Source of the DNA: Longimicrobiales bacterium
GTDB lineage: Bacteria; Gemmatimonadota; Gemmatimonadetes; Longimicrobiales; Gaopeijiaceae
Assembly: GCA_965202805.1 (NCBI GenBank)
Contig: OZ241869.1
Coordinates: forward strand, 480,001-544,000
Reading direction: 5' to 3'
DNA length: 64,000 nucleotides
Positions 8,851-18,062 of the stretch are shown here, piece after piece (within the stretch, counting starts at the first letter, position 1; every line of letters starts with the position of its first letter). Both the position numbers and the translations under genes were made by a program. The notes beneath the pieces were generated by a model that did not search any database, was not told where the DNA came from, and saw only the letters and a program-made list of their open reading frames with translations.

Positions 8851-10716
8851 TCACGCGTCACCTCGGCGTGCTGTCGCCCGCGTCCGCTCCGCAGCCTCGG
8901 TGAACCGGTCACGGATGTCGGCCGCGACCTCCCGGACTTCCCGCGGGGCGCGAATCTGATTGCCGGCGTGTTCGTCGAGGGCAACGACGAGAGGCTGCAG
9001 CCCGGTGGCCTTTTCGATATCGCTGGCGAAGACAGCCAGCAGATCCGGGGGTGAGACTCCTGCCCCAATCAGCGCGGGCACAAGGCGAACCATCTCGCTC
9101 ATTGTCCCTTCGAGGTTGGGCGGGAAAGCAGCGTAGGCGGCCCGAAACTGCCATATCGAGGCTCGATGTTCGGTTCGAACCGCCAAAGCCAGAGCCCTCG
9201 CGCCCGCGATGCGCCACTTGAGCCACGCGACCCAGGGTACACCGAGGAACTCTTCGCTGTAGTCCGTCCAGGAGCGGGCGATGTCTTCCAGTCTCCGGCA
9301 GCTATCGAGCGCTTCGTCGGCTAGACCGATTTCAGCCTGTGCCATGGACTTGTAGCTCAGGGCAACGGCCGCGTGCCGCCGGCGATCGAGGGAGTCAGCG
9401 AACTCGAAGCGCTCGATGACAGCATCGTACCTGCGAATCTCTTCCTCGGAGTCACCCAGGCGCCGGTATGCCAGGCCCTTGCTCCTCAGCGTTCCCGATT
9501 CCGCCGCTTCGGGGGTCCGCGGACCGGACAGCTTCCACAGATCATCAACCCGGTAGCACGCCACCATGAACCGGATCAGGTTTTCGACGACGACCGCCTC
9601 GTCACGCTCCCGCCGCAGTTTGTAGTACATGCTGTACAATGGTTCCGCGGCCGCATACAGCCGCTTTCGGCCGCGGCCCTGCCGGATGACTGCACCCCGT
9701 TCGACCAGTCGCCCGAGCATGGTCGATGCCACGCGGATGTCGACACGAGCCCGCGCGGCCACTTCGCTCGCTGACGAGGGTTGCCAGAGGTCGATCACGG
9801 CCAGGTACACGCGCCGCTCCGTCTTCGCCAGGGACTTCAGGTGGCTGCGAAAATACTCGGTGTGCTCGTCGATCAGGGTGACCAGTTCGGACATCAACCG
9901 ACGGAGGGACCGATGACGAGCGAACTCCGCCACGATTACCAAAAGGCGCGGATTCCCGCCGGTCAGAATCTGGAGCGGCCTGACTTCGAGCAGGGTCGCG
10001 GCCTTGCCGCTCACGATCTGCCAGAGGCGACCGGATTCCTCCGTGTCCAAGGGCTCCAGACCGACGATGCGGAACATCTCGAAGAAGGGTTCGCCCACGT
10101 CGTCCAACGCACGAAAGCGGCTGGTGGCGGAGGCGAGCAGGATGATCTGCGGCTCCGTCTGAAGCACTTGTCGGAGTTGCCAGCCGAAGTCGTCACGGGC
10201 GTCCCGGCAAAGCGATTGCAGGTTCTCGAGGATGACGACGAGCCGCTTGCCCAACCGATCCGCGGCGTCCAGGACGGCGGCACGAGCCTGCGCCTCCGTT
10301 ATCTGCTCGCGCCAGCGCGGCGCCAGCGCGGTCCGGGTCTCCCGCAATTCCCGAGCCATTGCGGCGTCATGTTGGTCCACTTCGTTGGCCAGATAGAACA
10401 TCGTCTCCAGCCAGAAGTCGGTGAGGGTGAAGATCTCCTGGCTTTCCTCCATGAACCGGACCGGAAGCAGCGCGCCGGCAAACTCGCCGTGGCTGCGCAA
10501 TTCCGCGGCGATCCGGGCAAGGAGCATGGTCTTGCCGCTGCCCCGGGGTCCGACCACGAGAATGTGCTGGCAGGAAGGCGCGGTGGCATTTACGCGCAAC
10601 TCTTCCAGCACCAAGCCCAGTTCGTGGCTGCGAACCACAAACTGCTCCTTGATCTCTTGGTCCGACTGGAGGAGTCCGGGATTGAACTTGCGGATGATCC
10701 GCTCAGCGTCGCTCAT
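8851..10716 (-). CDS. STAND-like P-loop ATPase with winged-HTH and TPR-like C-terminus
   Basis: Walker A GPRGSGKT, Walker B-like VVILENL, TGGNPR, HTH SASEVAARARVDIRVASTMLGRLVERG, helical repeats. Confidence 0.8.
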   Translation of the reverse strand: MSDAERIIRKFNPGLLQSDQEIKEQFVVRSHELGLVLEELRVNATAPSCQHILVVGPRGSGKTMLLARIAAELRSHGEFAGALLPVRFMEESQEIFTLTDFWLETMFYLANEVDQHDAAMARELRETRTALAPRWREQITEAQARAAVLDAADRLGKRLVVILENLQSLCRDARDDFGWQLRQVLQTEPQIILLASATSRFRALDDVGEPFFEMFRIVGLEPLDTEESGRLWQIVSGKAATLLEVRPLQILTGGNPRLLVIVAEFARHRSLRRLMSELVTLIDEHTEYFRSHLKSLAKTERRVYLAVIDLWQPSSASEVAARARVDIRVASTMLGRLVERGAVIRQGRGRKRLYAAAEPLYSMYYKLRRERDEAVVVENLIRFMVACYRVDDLWKLSGPRTPEAAESGTLRSKGLAYRRLGDSEEEIRRYDAVIERFEFADSLDRRRHAAVALSYKSMAQAEIGLADEALDSCRRLEDIARSWTDYSEEFLGVPWVAWLKWRIAGARALALAVRTEHRASIWQFRAAYAAFPPNLEGTMSEMVRLVPALIGAGVSPPDLLAVFASDIEKATGLQPLVVALDEHAGNQIRAPREVREVAADIRDRFTEAAERTRATARRGDA

Positions 10717-10828
10717 CGTCCTTGGCTTCGGCGGCTTTCGGCGAAGGGGATGAAGACGGCCATCAGAGTGGGTCCGTCCATCTCTCCTTCCTACCCGTTG
10801 ACCAGGTGGGATTCCAACCCCAAGAGAA

Positions 10829-10865
10829 TACACAACGGTTTTGTTGTCAACGGATATGTTGTGTA
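10829..10865. promoter_or_regulatory. 37-bp dyad operator-like site with TTGACA on the minus strand (copy 1)
   Basis: TACACAAC-GGTTTT-GTTGTCAAC-GGATAT-GTTGTGTA; repeated at 17422-17460. Confidence 0.6.
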
Positions 10866-11082
10866 GCGGCGAGGAGAAACCGCAGCCGATCGGGCCCGGG
10901 GCGAATCGCCGCATCCCGCAGGGTCCTTGGGGTTGCCGAGGGATGCGCCGGTAGGCCGGGAAGATGTTCCGGCGAGTGTCGGGTTCGAGCCTCGCTGGTT
11001 CTCAAGGTTGCGGAGGTTTCGGGCAGGTCGACGCCCACAGGCGCTCGCCGCTGACCCGGTCGGCACCGGCTCGACTGCGTTC

Positions 11083-11502
11083 CTAGCTTCCTCGCACCGG
11101 CTTCACTATTTCCAAACCGCACTCCGTCCGAACTCGGCAAGACAGCACGTTCTCGGAAGCAACGTTGCCCGACTTATCGGGCCGGTTTTTCTCCAGTAGC
11201 GCGTAGCTGAATCCCTTCCTCCGTCTTGGCTCTATCGCGCCAGACCATGGTAGCATCGCTCGTTTGTCGCCGTCCTTAAGGACGAGTTCGACCGACGCCA
11301 AGGCGACCGGGAACTTGCTCATGTTCGTGACGCTGATGGACACGAACTCGTCACTGAAGCCGGAGACGTTGTCCACCTTCGCGAAGCGCGCAGTGACCCG
11401 GAGCTTGACCCGGTCATCAAGGAAGGTCCGCCAAGCGGCCCATAGACCAAGAAGCAGGCCTCCAAACGCCGCCACCGCAGTAACGTAGTCCAAGACTGGC
11501 AA
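11083..11502 (-). CDS. Hypothetical protein with N-terminal membrane anchor
   Basis: TM helix followed by a beta-rich domain (VSISVTNMSKFPVALASV). Confidence 0.55.
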   Translation of the reverse strand: MPVLDYVTAVAAFGGLLLGLWAAWRTFLDDRVKLRVTARFAKVDNVSGFSDEFVSISVTNMSKFPVALASVELVLKDGDKRAMLPWSGAIEPRRRKGFSYALLEKNRPDKSGNVASENVLSCRVRTECGLEIVKPVRGS

Positions 11503-11557
11503 GGGAACTCTCTGGTTGTGGAGGCTAAGGTGTTATTCGCCGAGGTAGACGGCAGAT

Positions 11558-11812
11558 TCAGGCCGCCCGCACCCGTGCGATGAACTCCTCTCCCGTGCCG
11601 CACTCGAACAGCGCGTCGGTCACACGGTCGATGCCCTCCGGGCCGGGCAGCTCCTCAAGCACATCGGACACCTTCCCCGCGGTCTCTTCGCCGAACCTCC
11701 GGGTGATCAGTCGCCGCAGAACCATTTTCTGACCCTGCCGACGCCCCTGCCGGGCACCCCTCTGGACCAATTCGTCCAGGCTTCGGTGAAACCTGTCCGC
11801 CATCTCGGTCAT
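11558..11812 (-). CDS. Orphan RpnS-type small protein (Rpn C-terminal module), intact
   Basis: Homology to Rpn starts only ~28 bp upstream of the ATG and keeps GGGAGGAG; complete to the stop codon. Confidence 0.75.
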   Translation of the reverse strand: MTEMADRFHRSLDELVQRGARQGRRQGQKMVLRRLITRRFGEETAGKVSDVLEELPGPEGIDRVTDALFECGTGEEFIARVRAA

Positions 11813-11851
11813 CGTCTTCGCTCCTCCCAGCTTCAGTTCCTTGCACCGCGA

Positions 11852-12250
11852 TCACGAAGGTGTCCAGCGGAATCGCTTCGGAATGCGCCCAGCCGCGTTG
11901 ATCGTGATGCCCTCCATTTCCATAAGGGCGAGCCGAAACTTGGTGCCAGGCTTGTCTCCCGGAGGAGAACCGTTCTCGTGCACCACTCGCCACCAGGGCA
12001 CATGACGGCAGTCGTAACCCAACCGTCCGAGTGCTTGGCCGACCGCTTGAGCATGATTGCGGGCGGGGTGGCGCCCTGCCATGCGGGCCACATCCGTATA
12101 GCTGACGACGCGACCGTAGGGGATCATCCCAACGGCGCGGTAGATCTCCCAATCGGCCTTCGTCCATGTCCTGTCGCCCGGCGGTGTCACCAGCGCGTTG
12201 CAGAGCTCCTCGCGGACTATGGTCCGCAGTGTTTCTTCCAGCTTTGACAT
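11852..12250 (-). CDS. Alkyltransferase-like (Atl/YbaZ, MGMT-family) DNA-binding protein
   Basis: IPYGRVVSYTDVARMAG...AQAVGQAL...VPWWRVV (Trp in place of the catalytic Cys of PCHR). Confidence 0.85.
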   Translation of the reverse strand: MSKLEETLRTIVREELCNALVTPPGDRTWTKADWEIYRAVGMIPYGRVVSYTDVARMAGRHPARNHAQAVGQALGRLGYDCRHVPWWRVVHENGSPPGDKPGTKFRLALMEMEGITINAAGRIPKRFRWTPS

Positions 12251-12499
12251 GATGAATCGGCAGTTAGTGGTGTGGCAGGAGGCGAGGCCCGAAGGTAGCA
12301 GCCCATTTCTGGACGCGCTAGACAAGAAGGAATCGGCGTTTGCAGGGTGATTTGACCCCCACGCCGGCGCAGCAGGGCCGTACTTGCCGAAGTCTCCTGC
12401 GTCTCCAGCGTGGTGGTCCTGCAAGGTCACCTCCCGGGGGTCTGGAGACACCCCGTCAAGAAGAGAACGTCGCGTACGCCGGTCGTCGCGTTGAATTCG

Positions 12500-13252
12500 T
12501 CACATACCGGGAGAACGCCAGAATCGACCGACCAAGTCCGCGTATAGGGGCCAGCAATAGCGTCGTTGGGGGTTGAAACGCCCATAGTCGCCGGGGTGGT
12601 AGGTTTGAAGCCAGAGGCTCGTCTTCGTCGGCTCAATCTCGATGAAGCCCACTTCGTAGTGCGCGTCGTTCTTGTAGCGATCCTGCCTTACTGCCTCCAC
12701 ACAATGCTGCTGGACGACGAAGCTCTTGAGAATCGCGTCCTTCGCCGGACCGCCTTGTGTCACGACGATATCCGGACTCAGCACGCGCAGTTCTCCAGGG
12801 ATAAAGCGTCGGCAGTTCTCGAACAACGTCCTGTCAGCTTGGCGCCGGTAGTCTTTGTTCTGGCAACACTTCGCGCTGTTGACGTGGGCGAAATGGAGCC
12901 GCGTATCGGTTACCGTGAGACTCGCCTTGAACTGGTGGAGAAGTACGAGTGCCAGTTCGTGGGTGCGGTACCAATGCTTGTTCTTGGGAAGTGCCGCTAC
13001 ATCCGTGGCGAGGTTTTGACGGCGGACGGCCTTGGTTGTGCGTTGCCGCGGATCGGGATCTGCGCTACCAGAGTCCAGGGAGAGGAAGAGCAAGCGCGGA
13101 AGTTGCCCGTCTTCATAGGCTGGCCCGACGAAGCTCGCCTTGGCGGTCGTGAAGTCCGGGGAATCAGCGGAGCACGCCGGAAGCGAGGGACACCGAAAAC
13201 CGACGGGCGAGATTCCGTGTGACTCGTAGAAGGCGTTGAGTCTTCGGAGCAT
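12500..13252 (-). CDS. Uracil-DNA glycosylase superfamily protein
   Basis: HVNSAKC, NCRRFIPGELRVLSPDIVVTQG, TYHP motifs. Confidence 0.65.
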   Translation of the reverse strand: MLRRLNAFYESHGISPVGFRCPSLPACSADSPDFTTAKASFVGPAYEDGQLPRLLFLSLDSGSADPDPRQRTTKAVRRQNLATDVAALPKNKHWYRTHELALVLLHQFKASLTVTDTRLHFAHVNSAKCCQNKDYRRQADRTLFENCRRFIPGELRVLSPDIVVTQGGPAKDAILKSFVVQQHCVEAVRQDRYKNDAHYEVGFIEIEPTKTSLWLQTYHPGDYGRFNPQRRYCWPLYADLVGRFWRSPGM

Positions 13253-13458
13253 GGCACTGATCGAGTGAAGGGGCGCGCGCTCGAAGCCGGCAACCGTGTG
13301 CCTCAAGGTGAGAGACTTCCCAGCACTGCATAATGCGCGCTGATCGAGGTGCCGCAAGGCCCCGGACCGTCTCCTCCAGCCGATGCCAGCCCAGATCGCT
13401 GGACCTTCCCCTGCCTCTCCGCGTAGCTTCGTTCCTCTCACTCAAATCGGGGAGATCA

Positions 13459-13863
13459 ATGGCTCCAGCAGACGAGATCAAGGAGCAGGGCGTACGCTTC
13501 GTTCGAGCCGGATGGCGCGCTGTCAAGGTGACCGCAGAAAAGCTCCCCGGTGCCGACCGGATTCGCGGCCGGGGAGGAACCGGGACGAAGACGGCGCCGC
13601 CGGAGTACGTCCTCGTCGAGGATCCGCCGGACGACTTCAAGAAGTGCTACCTGAGCATCCTCGTCTGGCTTGTGCACTTCTACGACAACCGGATCGACGA
13701 ACGGGAGTTGGATCTCGGCGGCGATCAGGTCGCGTTCCTTTCTGCCAGCGTCGGCCATCCGCGCGACTCAAAAGGGAGAACGCAACGCGGACCGGGCTCG
13801 AACAAGATTGGGGATCATAACCCAGAGTTGACGAGCCCGCCCCCTCCCCCCGACGTTGCATAA
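13459..13863 (+). CDS. Hypothetical protein (possibly a fragment)
   Basis: GGAG SD + ATG; no recognisable motif. Confidence 0.35.
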   Translation: MAPADEIKEQGVRFVRAGWRAVKVTAEKLPGADRIRGRGGTGTKTAPPEYVLVEDPPDDFKKCYLSILVWLVHFYDNRIDERELDLGGDQVAFLSASVGHPRDSKGRTQRGPGSNKIGDHNPELTSPPPPPDVA

Positions 13864-13975
13864 TCAGCCGTCATCATGCAGGAACCCAGTCGCGAGTTCC
13901 CTGCCGACGACAACAGCCGATGTGCCAACGGACGGGGCCGATCACCCGATCCCGCGACACAGCCCCGGAGGGGTC

Positions 13976-15511
13976 ATGTCGTACCACCCCGCTCAATTGC
14001 CCGCCGGTTGCCTTTTTCTCTCCCTTCTCTTCGCCACGCTGGTCGCATCGTGTGTGGACGAGCCATCGCCAGTGGTTCCGGCTCGGATAACCGCCGTGGA
14101 CACTGCAACCGCCAGCGCCGTACCGAACCCATCCGCTGACTGTGAGATCGGTTTGGGCCGCCTGTCATCGGAAGACGGGTGGACCTCGGACATGCTGTTG
14201 TTCAAAACGGATGTGGGCAGGACTGGTAACGAGGATGAGCAATTCTACTCTCGACCGCGCAACAGAGAGTTCATGGCGCAATTCCGTTGTCTGGGGGCTG
14301 CGCCGCCGTGGACCGGCATTGCCATCGACCCACGGATAGCCACTTGGGAACCGACGGTTTGCGATGAGGCTTTGCTGCAACGCCTTCAGGTAGCCAATCC
14401 CCGCGCCGGAAGGTTGTGCGGCGTTGTGACGCCGGTGGGACACGGTCGCACCGAACTGATCGTGACTCGCGGGTCGTCCCGGCGGACTCTCCCGGTCGTC
14501 GCGAACCGCTCCCCCACCTACGCGTTCGATCAACCCCGGTTGCGGGTGGCAATGAGTGTTGGCGAGTCGGTCGCGGTTGACATCGGCGCGTACTTCATGG
14601 ACCCGGACGGCGACTCGCTGGACATCACGTTGAGCTGGCTGAATCGACCGCCCTTCTTGGACATGACGATGGAAGGCACCTTTGTGACCCTGACGGCAAT
14701 CGACGAGGGACACACCCTGTCGGCCATCCCCGTCAGCGTATCGGATGGCTTTCACGCAACGGAGATGTCCCTCGGGTTGGTCCAGGCGGGGTGCCCGGGA
14801 CTTCGCGAACTGCAACGGCAAGGCACGGGCCGGATCGTCGTTTCCTACAATACGCTGGACGGCTTTTCGGAGTGCTCTCGCGACATCGTGGCCGCTGCGG
14901 CGGCCTATTGGGAACAGGTTCTGGTTCTGGATGACCGGGTCGTTTCGGTCAGCCTCGACCCCAACGCCGCGCTTACCGGCTGGTCCGCGGCCAATGCCGC
15001 TGGCTCCGGTCCGGCGCTGGGGATGGCGGACGGGATTCCCATACCGACACAACACCCCTTCGGCCACATTAACGTCAGAAACACATACCCGCTCTGGGCG
15101 GGACCGAATCGCTTCTACGAGACGATGCGCCACGAGCTGGCTCATGTTCTCGGGATCGGGATGGGTGCGGCTTGGGACTACCGCCTGCGCAACCCCTACC
15201 GGGGGCAGCCCGGCGAACCGCCCGACACATATTTCGACGGCGACTTGGCGTATCGGGCGTTCACCGCGCTGGGAGGCGGCGAGCACTACGAAGCGAGGGG
15301 CGTGCCCGTGCAGAACGGAGCGGGTGGACTGGGCGGGGACCCGAACAGCCACTGGAGGGCCAGCATCATCAGCCACGAACTCATGGCCCTCTGCTCGAGC
15401 GATCCCTCGGAGTACTGCCCCGCGAGCGCCATCACCTTGGGTGCGCTGGCCGACATGGGCTGGACGGTGAAGATGGAGATGGCGGAACCCGGAGCAAGGA
15501 TCGGCAGGTAG
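13976..15511 (+). CDS. Leishmanolysin (M8)-like zinc metalloprotease lipoprotein with Ig-like segment
   Basis: Lipobox LVASC, FMDPDGDSL Ig/cadherin-like motif, HELAH zincin motif, SHW, HELM, SAITLGALADMGW. Confidence 0.8.
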   Translation: MSYHPAQLPAGCLFLSLLFATLVASCVDEPSPVVPARITAVDTATASAVPNPSADCEIGLGRLSSEDGWTSDMLLFKTDVGRTGNEDEQFYSRPRNREFMAQFRCLGAAPPWTGIAIDPRIATWEPTVCDEALLQRLQVANPRAGRLCGVVTPVGHGRTELIVTRGSSRRTLPVVANRSPTYAFDQPRLRVAMSVGESVAVDIGAYFMDPDGDSLDITLSWLNRPPFLDMTMEGTFVTLTAIDEGHTLSAIPVSVSDGFHATEMSLGLVQAGCPGLRELQRQGTGRIVVSYNTLDGFSECSRDIVAAAAAYWEQVLVLDDRVVSVSLDPNAALTGWSAANAAGSGPALGMADGIPIPTQHPFGHINVRNTYPLWAGPNRFYETMRHELAHVLGIGMGAAWDYRLRNPYRGQPGEPPDTYFDGDLAYRAFTALGGGEHYEARGVPVQNGAGGLGGDPNSHWRASIISHELMALCSSDPSEYCPASAITLGALADMGWTVKMEMAEPGARIGR

Positions 15512-15532
15512 GATCTTTTCAACAGGCCGTGG

Positions 15533-15775
15533 ATTGCGTGTGGTAGACGCCGCGGTAACCGCGCTTGAGCATCGCCCAGAACGACTCCACGCCGTTCGTG
15601 GTGCGGGTATGCCCCGGAGTTACTTGCAGCGCTGTGCCGGACGGCCTCGTGCCGCTTGCGGGCCTTGTAGGCGCTGGTCCCGTCCGTGTAGACCATCGCG
15701 TCAGGACCGGCGTGGGCGTCCACGAAGCCGCCCAGCGTCTCGCGGCCGGTCCGCTCGATGACGCGGGGCCGGTAA
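15533..15775 (-). mobile_element. IS1595-family transposase remnant (frameshifted)
   Basis: AMVYTDGTSAY...HEAVRHS and TNGVESFWAMLKRGYRGVYH. Confidence 0.85.
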
Positions 15776-15909
15776 CCAGTTGCTGAGGTTCCTTCACGAC
15801 CACGACCGCTTGCGACCAAGGATCCCCCCAGATCCTCACCATTCGCGGGGGAGCCTCTCCGACCTAGCCACACCCGCCGGAACATCCGAGAGCGTTCGAG
15901 AGCGTCGAT

Positions 15910-16413
15910 CTACATCCCGTTCAGGAAACACGAACATGGTGTCCATCCACTCGACCATGAACGCGTCCAGGTTTGGATCCCCAGGCGGAAGCGGCCCGGG
16001 TCGAAACGCTGGAACAGGTTGGTCACCTGATCCGGACCGCTCCAGGGACCATCGCCGTGGTAGAGGACCAGATCGACGAACTCGGGTAGCGGATCCTCCG
16101 CCCGGGTGTCCCCTTCGCCGACGATTCTCTCAAGCGCCAACGCCGTGTACGTGGTCGTTCGCAGCGCCACGAGCCGCTCGACTCTTCGCTGAAACTCGAC
16201 TAGGAACAGGACCCTGCTGCCGTCGGCCGTGTCGGCGGACCAGATCATGTCGGGATGGCGTTGTTGCAGGGTATTCTTGCTGACGAGCTCGGTCGGTTCT
16301 TCACGCAGGGTCGAGAAGTCGATCTCATCGGCCCATTCGGGCGCGTGGTCCCGGATCAGGATCTCGACCATGCGCCGGTCGGCGAAGACCGACTTGAGGA
16401 AGGGATCGTGCAC
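15910..16413 (-). pseudogene. Rpn 5' part with internal deletion and frameshift
   Basis: Closely similar to 2660-3092; joins to DAFMVE-coding sequence at the same deletion junction as the 5.9-kb copy. Confidence 0.85.
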
Positions 16414-16630
16414 GGAGACTCCGCGATTCAGGGAGGCTCTAACCTCGCCGAAATCCGCGGGCGGCCGAATGGCTGGATGGGGCGCCAGGGTTGCCCGCAC
16501 AGCTCGTCGCCGACGATGGCGGTGAAGGGAACTCGGAAGCGTTTGACTTCCGAGTGCTTCCGGGTCGCGTGCCGCGTGGAACCCGGGCGTGGCCGGAAGA
16601 TAGCCTATGCGATGTGCTTGGGCAGTCGCT

Positions 16631-16818
16631 CTATACCGTTGGCCAAGTCGGACGCCGCTTGCCCCTCAGCCGAATCCACGCGATTCCGTGCACATGTTCG
16701 AAGTGGCGGGCGGCCGACACCAGATCGGCTCCGGTCTCCATGGCGTGGGCGACGATCCAGAGATCGTTAGTGGGGATGCGACGGCCCTTCGCGCGGAGCG
16801 ACGCCGCGATCCTCGAGC
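16631..16818 (-). pseudogene. C-terminal half of a VapC/PIN toxin
   Basis: LRAKGRRIPTNDLWIVAHAMETGADLVSAARHFEHV. Confidence 0.8.
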
Positions 16819-17109
16819 TCGGATTGCGATGGCGGGGAAGGCTTGCGCACCGTTTCGCCAGCACCTTCGGAGTAGGCCATGCCGCCCAGCCGCTTTGCAA
16901 TGTAGTTCTGCTCGGCGGCATCGTAGGCCCGCCTGCGCGCTCTCAATCGGAGCTGCGTTCCCGATCGGACGCGCCTGCTTGAGGGCCTGTTCGGCGGCAT
17001 TGAAGCGGCGCACGGCTTCGTCCTGCTCGCGCAACTGCGTTTTCGTGGGTCCGTCCATCTCCCCTTCCTCCCGTTGACCAAGTAAGTCCTGCAGTCCGCC
17101 GACAAGCTT

Positions 17110-17387
17110 GGGACGGATCGACCGGATGGAGTGTGATCTCCGTCCCGATGGTCGCCAATGCGGTACTCCGCGCAGGTTGAACCCTCGACATCCGCGAACG
17201 GGAAGATCCATCCCCTGGTCTGAAGGCGCCGCCCGAGTTCCCTCGCGATCCTCGTCTTGGCCGATACCCCGCTACTCGGTCAAGAGCAGGTGATTCCGAT
17301 GGCCGAAGTGGGACTCTGGAGCTCGCAGTTCGGGCTCGCGGTCGAAAAGTCGTTGCCGCTCACCCAGCGACCAGCTGTTGGTCTAAT
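17110..17387 (-). pseudogene. Decayed 5' end of a P-loop ATPase gene
   Basis: Across frameshifts and a stop it reads RPTAGRWVSGNDF.DREPELR...NHLLLTE*RGIGKTRIARELGRRL (Walker A remnant); lies just downstream of dyad copy 2. Confidence 0.6.
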
Positions 17388-17421
17388 GGCGCTCCTCGGG
17401 GGTTTGATCCTAACCCATGAA

Positions 17422-17460
17422 ATACACAACGGGTTTGTTGTCAACAGATATGTTGTGTAT
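17422..17460. promoter_or_regulatory. Dyad operator-like site (copy 2)
   Basis: ATACACAAC-GGGTTT-GTTGTCAAC-AGATAT-GTTGTGTAT. Confidence 0.6.
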
Positions 17461-17786
17461 CCCTTGGGTCGCCTTTTCGTGCTGAATCGTCCGTCAGCGG
17501 TGCAGATCCTCAACGGAGTCCCGAGAAGCCCGTTTGCCTGCGGCGGCTACATCATGAACAACGCGTAGGCTACCGCCCAGGATGGCCACCACGCCCATAC
17601 CCGCGCAGACGAGCAGGAGCCGAAGGGCGGCCTCGGATTGGACCTGCCCCGTTTTCACGGACGGTTAGTTGTTGGGGTTGATGATGTCTGAATTGACTCC
17701 TCCTCCACCCTCCAACGGGGGAGAGAAGCGGCGTGCGCCCCGCGCGCGCCGGAGAGCCTCGGCGGTCCCGGCACCGCGGGTTCGCC

Positions 17787-18062
17787 TCAGGCCGCATGGT
17801 TGAGGTTCTCGAAGTTCGCCGGCGACGTGTAGCCGAGCGCGGAGTGGAGCCGGCGAGTGTTGTAGAAACCCTCGATGAAGCCGAAGACTTCGCGCCGCGC
17901 CTCGGCCACGGTCCGGAAGCTCCGCCGGTCGAGGAGTTCGCACTCGAGCGTCGCGAAGAAGCTCTCGCACATCGCGTTGTCGTACGCATCTCCCACCGAG
18001 CCCATCGACTGCACGACGCCCGCCTCGCGGCACCGCTTCCCGAACGACAGCGACGTGTACTG
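17787..18062 (-). pseudogene. IS3 orfB C-terminal part
   Basis: QYTS...SMGSVGDAYDNAMCESFFATLECELL...FYNTRRLHSALGY. Confidence 0.9.

Noticed and set aside
12360..12430. LQDHHAGDAGDFGKYG, resembling the start of a conserved hypothetical protein
   Set aside because: Too short and frameshifted to annotate
1404..17470. Classical integron cassette array
   Set aside because: No tyrosine integrase, no recurring RYYYAAC...GTTRRRY attC sites, and cargo genes lie on both strands
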